Below, in pieces: positions 58,263 to 64,000 of a stretch of 64,000 nucleotides of DNA. The notes under the pieces were generated by a model. It searched no databases, was not told where the DNA came from, and worked only from the letters and a program-made list of their open reading frames with translations. Origin of the DNA: an uncultured Clostridia bacterium (GTDB taxonomy: Bacteria; Bacillota; Clostridia; Christensenellales; UBA3700); assembly GCA_947177795.1 (NCBI GenBank), contig CAMWVR010000001.1, forward strand, positions 6,101 to 70,100. The letters run 5' to 3'. Position numbers and translations under genes: made by a program. The stretch's first letter is position 1. Every line of letters begins with the position of its first letter.

Positions 58263-59422
58263 ATCATATCCTTGCTTGCCGCCATAGCGCTTGCCCAAGC
58301 CCAATGAAGATTGCAACCACCGCAAAGACCGTCTACGTCCGCGCTTTCGCCTATGCAATAAAGTCCGCCGTGTAACTTAGACTGCAAAGTATGCGTATCC
58401 AACTCGTCAAGAGCCACGCCGCCGCATGCGACTTGAGCGTTTGTCCTAGGACCGACGCCTAGTATATTTACCTCAAAGACTTTGCACGATTTGGCTATAT
58501 CGTTGGCTTTTTTATGCGACATTATCCAAGATCTGTCCATAGGCGTACGGGCTATCACGTTTTGAGCAATGGCTTTGTGAAGTACGCCTTCAAGAGGAGA
58601 ATAAGGACTGCAATTGCCGTAGATAAACTCCGCAAGTTGCTGCTGCGACATATCGGGAACAAAGTCTATCGTCACCTTGCAACTCTCGACTTTTTCTCTA
58701 CGTCTTGCGAGAGCCGACGACAGACGAAAGGCAAGTATGCCCGACAAAGCGTCGTCTTTAAACAAAATTTCTCCCCGCTCTCCCATCGTCTCCTTGCCGT
58801 CGATTGACAGAGCGGCGTATACTTTTGCCCTTACTCCGCTCAATCCTTTGATGCCGTCGCAGATAAGCGAAGCGATTGCGTACGCAAACGGCAAAACTCT
58901 GTGTCCAAGATTGTTCATCAGACCAAGGCTGTCAAGTCCGCTCGTAGCGTTGCTGCCGCAAGCAAACACGACTTTGTCGCCCGTATATTCTCTATTCGTC
59001 GTAACGACTCTCCATTTGCCGCCGAGCGGAGCGATTTTTTCTACAAGAGTATCGCAAACGACGTTGACTCCGTATTCGTCGAGTCTGCGAAGCAATATAT
59101 TGAGCACGGTATTTGCGCTCTCGCTGTAAGGGTAAACTCTGCCCTCGGAATCGGTTTTTGTCAAAAGACCTATCTTGGCGAACTCTTCGACGATGCTTTG
59201 CGGAGAATACTCGTCCAAAATATATTTAATATCTGGGGTATTGTAATCTTTGATTGATAAATTTAAGTTGGTGAGATTGCACTTACCGTTGCCAGTAGCA
59301 AGCAGCTTTTTGCCGACTCGCTCGTTTTTTTCCAACACCGTTACGCTCTTTCCGCTCATTGCGAGTTGCAAAGCGCACATAAGTCCGCTTGCTCCGCCTC
59401 CGATTATCAAGATATTATCCAT
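58259..59422 (-). CDS. HI0933/BaiN-like NAD(P)/FAD-dependent flavoprotein
   Basis: ILIIGGGASGLMCALQLA...VTVLEKNERVGKKLLATGNGKCNLTN is the family signature. Confidence 0.85.
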   Translation of the reverse strand: MDNILIIGGGASGLMCALQLAMSGKSVTVLEKNERVGKKLLATGNGKCNLTNLNLSIKDYNTPDIKYILDEYSPQSIVEEFAKIGLLTKTDSEGRVYPYSESANTVLNILLRRLDEYGVNVVCDTLVEKIAPLGGKWRVVTTNREYTGDKVVFACGSNATSGLDSLGLMNNLGHRVLPFAYAIASLICDGIKGLSGVRAKVYAALSIDGKETMGERGEILFKDDALSGILAFRLSSALARRREKVESCKVTIDFVPDMSQQQLAEFIYGNCSPYSPLEGVLHKAIAQNVIARTPMDRSWIMSHKKANDIAKSCKVFEVNILGVGPRTNAQVACGGVALDELDTHTLQSKLHGGLYCIGESADVDGLCGGCNLHWAWASAMAASKDMI

Positions 59423-59579
59423 CCCGCTCTCCTTTTGTGTTGACGTATATTTATTATAGATTATAGGTCGCCGATTTGCAAGCGAAGAATAGACTTTGGC
59501 TTTTGATAAAAAGACCGACGCAAATCAAACTGCGTCGGTCTCAAAAAGTTGGATTCCTCTCATATCCAAAACTTTAAAA

Positions 59580-62500
59580 TCATTTGACTTTGACGGAAAT
59601 AGTCACGTTGTACGTTATACCCGCGCTGACCACGTCGTAACTTACGTCCAAGGTATTGAGACTCTTCTTTTGGGTGTCGACTGCGACGGATACTTTTCCG
59701 TTGACGGCGTTGTTTACTCCCAAGAACACCAACGTCTCTCTTATATCGGCGTTGAACGTAGCCGTATCCTCTTGGATATCGAATTGAGCGTTGGCAAAAT
59801 ACAAGTCGTCAAATTCAAAGCCTATGCCGTCTGCGCCAAAGGCGATATTCGACACTTCGAGTCTATCGTCCACTATCTCTCTGCCATTCTCATACTTATA
59901 CAAAGACATACCGCCCGACTTGACTTCAATCGTCAAGTCGCGATTGGTCGACTGCCCGTCTTCTTGATAGGACGCAATTCTATAGAGATCTTCCCTGGAA
60001 AACTCGCCGTTGTCTTCGCTCGGCGTACAGCCTGCGAATACAGTCGAGCATACGAGAACTACCGCTACGGCAATTACGAATACCTTGCTTGCTCTCTTGA
60101 CGCCGACGCTCTTTGCCTTATTGCTGCGTTGCGCTTCTTGCTCGCCCTCTTTCTTTTTCTTTGCGAACAACATCATACCGGCTGCAAACAACACGCCTGC
60201 TCCGCTCATCGACAGCGCGACCGTCTTTGCCGCAGTATTTGTTTTGCCTGCTTTGCCCACAGCCGTAGCGCCTGCCTTTTGAGCGCCTGCGATAACGCTG
60301 TTGGCTCCACGGAGAAGCTGCTCGTAAGACGCCTGTAACTTAGCGAACTTAGCTTGATCTATGAGCAACATATCCTCTTGAGATACCGAATTGATAAACG
60401 CAAGGACTTTGCTCTCGTACTCTTGGATATTGGAGAAGTCGATTTTGTCAAACTTCGCAAGAGTGCTTTGGATTGCAGATATATCGATACCAGTATGCAG
60501 ATTCAACGTTATCTCTTGGGATTGCAGATAGTTTGCCGTCTCTGCAAATCTCACTTTGACAACGTAAGATGTATCTGCGTGTAGGTCGACGAAAGTATTT
60601 CTGTTGACGTAACCTGCTCCGTTGAAGCTTACTTCCATTCCCTCTATGTGGCTTGAGATCGTGATCTGGTTGTAGTTGACGGTGATTTTGAGATCGTTTG
60701 CGCTGACTTGACGCTCAGCCTTGGTTATCGTAAAGGAAATCTTATCCGATACGCCGCTGAAGATATTTGCGTCTGCGTCGGCAGGCTCGATATGCACGAA
60801 GTATTTACCTGCGTTGACGATCTTATCGCTGACGGAGTCTCCGTTTTCCACTCTGCGGTAGAACTTTCTTACGTACGTACCCGCTTCGTCGTCTCTCTCA
60901 TATTTGATTTCGCCGTTCTCTTCAATTTGAGTATACTTGCCGTGAGCTTTTGCTAAAGCGTCTGCCTCAGCCTTGGAAAGACTTGAGATAGCGACGTATT
61001 GGAATACGCTGAACTTAAGCGCTTTTGCGATATTCTCGTTAGACGTAACGACTCTGAAGTCGTCGTATCTGTCCTGTCCGTTGTAGACCTGCTCGTAACT
61101 ATGTAAACTTACGTATCTTTCAACGTCGGACAACTCTCCGCCAAGCACGTGCAAGTCGCCGAAGTTCATTTCGATATTGTAGTTGCGGTATCTCGGCATG
61201 ATGATTTGGATGATCTCGCCGTCAGAACCCACTACCTCTTCGGTAATCCAATTTCCGTCTTCGTCCAAGAAGTCGGGATCGGGAACTAGACCGTCGAATG
61301 CCAACTTGACCACGCCTCTCTTGACTCCGAGTTCTTTATAATACTCGTCGATATACATCGTAGCCTTGAGATCCTCTTCGTTCTGCACGAATTGATCTTG
61401 AGAATCTTCTGCGTACTTATAAGGCTTATAGAAGTCGTCGCCGTAAATTTGCTCCGCCTCTTCCTTAGTATAATAATGCCAGCCGGCTTCTTCGTGGATC
61501 TCTCCTCTCATAATAGGAGTCAACGAACCCGTTACCGAATAAATTCTGTAAGCAGGCAAGACGTCGATTTTGACGTTGAGCTTTTGTACGATTACTTCTA
61601 CCGAACCGCGAACGTAATTGCTGTCAAACACGAGCGTATAGTTGGGATTGTCTATCTCGGAGATAAAGACTTTATATCTTCCAACGTTTCTCGGTTCGCT
61701 TGCCTCGGTAGACGGCACTCCGTCCACGACTTCAAAATAATCATAGACCAATCCGATGCCGGCGCTTGCGCCGTCATCCAATTCTGCGAAGTGCGCTTTG
61801 ATTTTTTCGTTGAGCGTTGCGTCGTAATTTGCGCCGTTGAACTTGACTTCGACGATTGTTTCGCCCTCTATGTCAACGCCTGTCAGCGTAAGCGACTTAG
61901 GAGTTATTTCAAACTCGGCTTCTTCGATATCCAAATAGTAATTGCCATATCTATCGTTGGGCAACTCTACCTTAGTTGATATGTAATACGTTCCGACAGG
62001 ACTTCCCTTTTCGACTCCGTCACGCAATTCTATAAGATTTATGTTGTCGCTCTCAAAGAAACCGTTTTCGCCGACGACGATTGCCTCCAAAAACTTTGGC
62101 AAATCTTCTCCGTAGACCACGCTGTAGGTATTGAGGAACACCTTTATCTTGACCGTTCTCTTATTGACCGTATAATTGCCTTCCGTTACGTGAACGATAT
62201 AGTTGGAGATCTTGTTGTATCCGTGCTCGTCGACGTCGCCCGTCATATCTTCTTCTCTATAGAGAACTCTGTAAGTCTGACTTATTGCCGCAAATCTGTC
62301 GCTATCGCTCAAATACGGAGTGATGACTATGTTGTCCTCTTCCAAGAATCTATTGACTTTATTTTTCCCGTCGTCTTTGAGGTCGGTATATCTCCAGGCT
62401 CTGACCGTTTCGTCATTCACGTTGGCGTTGCCGATAAACGGTTTCATCTCGTCACCGTAATTTCTCGTTACGTCATTGAGCGTAATAAATACCTCTCTTT

Positions 62501-64000
62501 GCTTGACCACGATACGGTAGGGATCATGTACGACGTTATAGTTATACTTTGTATTTTCATTCGTCGTCCAGCTACCGCTGCTTATTATCTTAAAGTCAAT
62601 CTCTACTTTTACTTCATACGCGCCTGCATCTTTAGGCGAATCTACCCAAATATCGGTATTGTTGCCTTTGTCGTCCAACTTATTATACTTAAAGATCGCA
62701 ACGCCGTATTGATATTCATATTGATAAATACCCTTATCGCCCGCTTGTCTTTGGAACACGACTCCAAAGTCTGTCGACTCTATGGCAACGCCGTACTCAA
62801 GGTTCATTACTCTATTTTCGTCGTTGACGTTAAAAGTAAGCCCCACGTCTCTTTGTTTGATCTTGACGTCGACCAAAATCGAAGCGTCCTTATAGTTGCT
62901 GAATACAGAATTGAGTATTTCGTATTTTATTTGATATTCGCCTGCGTCAAAAGGCTCTTCATTAATGACTTCGTAAACTCCGTTGACCTTTTTATAATAA
63001 GTCGATTTGGTAGACGCCATAGGTATGCCGTCCACGCCCGTAAACGTGACGAAAGGTTTTACCTTGTTTTTTATAAGATTTCCGTAAGCAAATTCAAAAT
63101 AAGTTTGATCGCTTAACGTTGCGTCTGCCGGCTCTATTTCCACGACGAATTTGGTGACGTCAGGCAAAACGTAGTTGGCGGAGACATTACCGCCGACCAA
63201 GCTCAATATCATTTCAAATTGACCGACGTTGAGCATATTCAACTCTCCGTCGCCGTGAGCGATATAACTGAATTTGAGCAAGCTCTCGTCTTTTGCAAGC
63301 ACGTTATAGAATGCGAGTTTAGCATTCGAAGCGATAGCTTGTTCCTTTTTGGAAAAGATTTTTACCTCGTCCGCCAGCGTCAAGTTTTTTGCCGCATATG
63401 GGACTTTGATATAATAATATTTATCGTCTCCGTCTTCTATCAATTCGGCGCTCATATTGTCAACAAAGCCGATTTCAAGTTGCTCTATGACGAAGTCAAT
63501 GCAATACTCTACTTTTCCCGCGCCCGCAAGCTCGTAATTCTTGTTGGACAGACTTGTGACGACCACTTTATATTTACCTGCGTTGACACAGCTGTCCGTC
63601 TTGACGTAAGATTGTGAAAAAGAATCCCACACTCTATACTCGTAATTTGCGCTACACGTCTCATTGTTGATGATTGCGCCGCTTGGGAAGTAAATATCAA
63701 ACACGACAGGATCGCCGTCATAAGGCGTCGTATACTTGCCGTAAGATATGATGTCTTGCGTAATAGGATCTTGTTCGATATCACCGATTTTGTTAATATC
63801 ATTGGCATAATTGAATCCGACTGTCACCGATTTGGGATTGACTGTCTGAATTACTCTTTGCTGCCAATCTATGAGCTTCTCGCCGTCTTTGTTGACAGGC
63901 TCGTAATCCGGGTGCGTCTCTTTATATGCATTGAAGACGGGATCGTCGTAGATATACGAGACGTATCTATACGTTGCGTTGAGAAATTGGATATAACTGT
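59580..64000 (-). CDS. giant surface protein with MBG/Ig-like repeats; 5' end beyond the window
   Basis: The frame stays open from the track start (GTG 63827) to 64000. Repeated ...ITPK.LT... / NY.L modules. Near the C-terminus come TM LSMSGAGVLFAAGMMLFA, a basic loop, a second TM VFVIAVAVVLVCSTVFAGC and a ~165-aa terminal domain. Confidence 0.85.
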   Translation of the reverse strand, partial: SYIQFLNATYRYVSYIYDDPVFNAYKETHPDYEPVNKDGEKLIDWQQRVIQTVNPKSVTVGFNYANDINKIGDIEQDPITQDIISYGKYTTPYDGDPVVFDIYFPSGAIINNETCSANYEYRVWDSFSQSYVKTDSCVNAGKYKVVVTSLSNKNYELAGAGKVEYCIDFVIEQLEIGFVDNMSAELIEDGDDKYYYIKVPYAAKNLTLADEVKIFSKKEQAIASNAKLAFYNVLAKDESLLKFSYIAHGDGELNMLNVGQFEMILSLVGGNVSANYVLPDVTKFVVEIEPADATLSDQTYFEFAYGNLIKNKVKPFVTFTGVDGIPMASTKSTYYKKVNGVYEVINEEPFDAGEYQIKYEILNSVFSNYKDASILVDVKIKQRDVGLTFNVNDENRVMNLEYGVAIESTDFGVVFQRQAGDKGIYQYEYQYGVAIFKYNKLDDKGNNTDIWVDSPKDAGAYEVKVEIDFKIISSGSWTTNENTKYNYNVVHDPYRIVVKQREVFITLNDVTRNYGDEMKPFIGNANVNDETVRAWRYTDLKDDGKNKVNRFLEEDNIVITPYLSDSDRFAAISQTYRVLYREEDMTGDVDEHGYNKISNYIVHVTEGNYTVNKRTVKIKVFLNTYSVVYGEDLPKFLEAIVVGENGFFESDNINLIELRDGVEKGSPVGTYYISTKVELPNDRYGNYYLDIEEAEFEITPKSLTLTGVDIEGETIVEVKFNGANYDATLNEKIKAHFAELDDGASAGIGLVYDYFEVVDGVPSTEASEPRNVGRYKVFISEIDNPNYTLVFDSNYVRGSVEVIVQKLNVKIDVLPAYRIYSVTGSLTPIMRGEIHEEAGWHYYTKEEAEQIYGDDFYKPYKYAEDSQDQFVQNEEDLKATMYIDEYYKELGVKRGVVKLAFDGLVPDPDFLDEDGNWITEEVVGSDGEIIQIIMPRYRNYNIEMNFGDLHVLGGELSDVERYVSLHSYEQVYNGQDRYDDFRVVTSNENIAKALKFSVFQYVAISSLSKAEADALAKAHGKYTQIEENGEIKYERDDEAGTYVRKFYRRVENGDSVSDKIVNAGKYFVHIEPADADANIFSGVSDKISFTITKAERQVSANDLKITVNYNQITISSHIEGMEVSFNGAGYVNRNTFVDLHADTSYVVKVRFAETANYLQSQEITLNLHTGIDISAIQSTLAKFDKIDFSNIQEYESKVLAFINSVSQEDMLLIDQAKFAKLQASYEQLLRGANSVIAGAQKAGATAVGKAGKTNTAAKTVALSMSGAGVLFAAGMMLFAKKKKEGEQEAQRSNKAKSVGVKRASKVFVIAVAVVLVCSTVFAGCTPSEDNGEFSREDLYRIASYQEDGQSTNRDLTIEVKSGGMSLYKYENGREIVDDRLEVSNIAFGADGIGFEFDDLYFANAQFDIQEDTATFNADIRETLVFLGVNNAVNGKVSVAVDTQKKSLNTLDVSYDVVSAGITYNVTISVKVK

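Noticed and set aside
60040-60130. Separate lipoprotein gene starting at the internal lipobox of the 59580..64000 ORF
   Set aside because: The frame is continuous with no stop, and I found no in-frame ATG/GTG/TTG or RBS between the basic loop and the hydrophobic segment.
59580-64000. A second VR for the DGR in the other large surface proteins (54853..56520, 59580..64000, 6047..8014)
   Set aside because: Reading these genes by eye, I found no stretch resembling the TR core (CGATCGCCCGCGGAGGTCAGCGT). A computational TR-versus-genome alignment is still needed to exclude remote targets outside or inside the window.

Overview
This 64-kb window looks like a spore-forming Firmicutes/Clostridia-type chromosome, judging from rpsF-ssb-rpsR, gltX and spoVT-yabM-yabN/mazG synteny. 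It is roughly 50% GC by eye (not computed). The first ~14.8 kb is a visibly AT-rich island. I read it as a Tn7-like transposon: tnsA-tnsB-tnsC-tniQ on the minus strand, with a TGT...ACA-type right terminus 10 bp past the rpsR stop codon. Its left end is outside the window. Its cargo is a serine recombinase with res-like repeats, a BspA-type LRR lipoprotein, an HTH/Rep-like gene, and a tightly coupled operon of a cupin, a 729-aa protein with an adenosylhomocysteinase-like domain, and a radical SAM enzyme. Three island genes look disrupted: an in-frame TAG in tnsC and two frameshifts. The chromosomal part carries housekeeping genes, a GH38 alpha-mannosidase, a seven-gene myo-inositol catabolic operon (iolJCBDEAG order), tRNA-modification genes and two giant surface proteins. 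The strongest finding is a complete diversity-generating retroelement (DGR). It has a reverse transcriptase, Avd, a 122-nt template repeat and a structured 3' RNA region. The cognate variable repeat lies inside the N-terminal third of an 1816-aa membrane-anchored surface protein, and all 13 TR/VR differences fall at TR adenines. The chromosomal part also holds a pervasive family of hairpin-forming intergenic repeats (seven clusters) that is absent from the island. A ~125-nt highly structured element occurs twice, each time abutting the stop codon of a minus-strand gene. All family assignments come from motifs I read in the translations. No database search was run.
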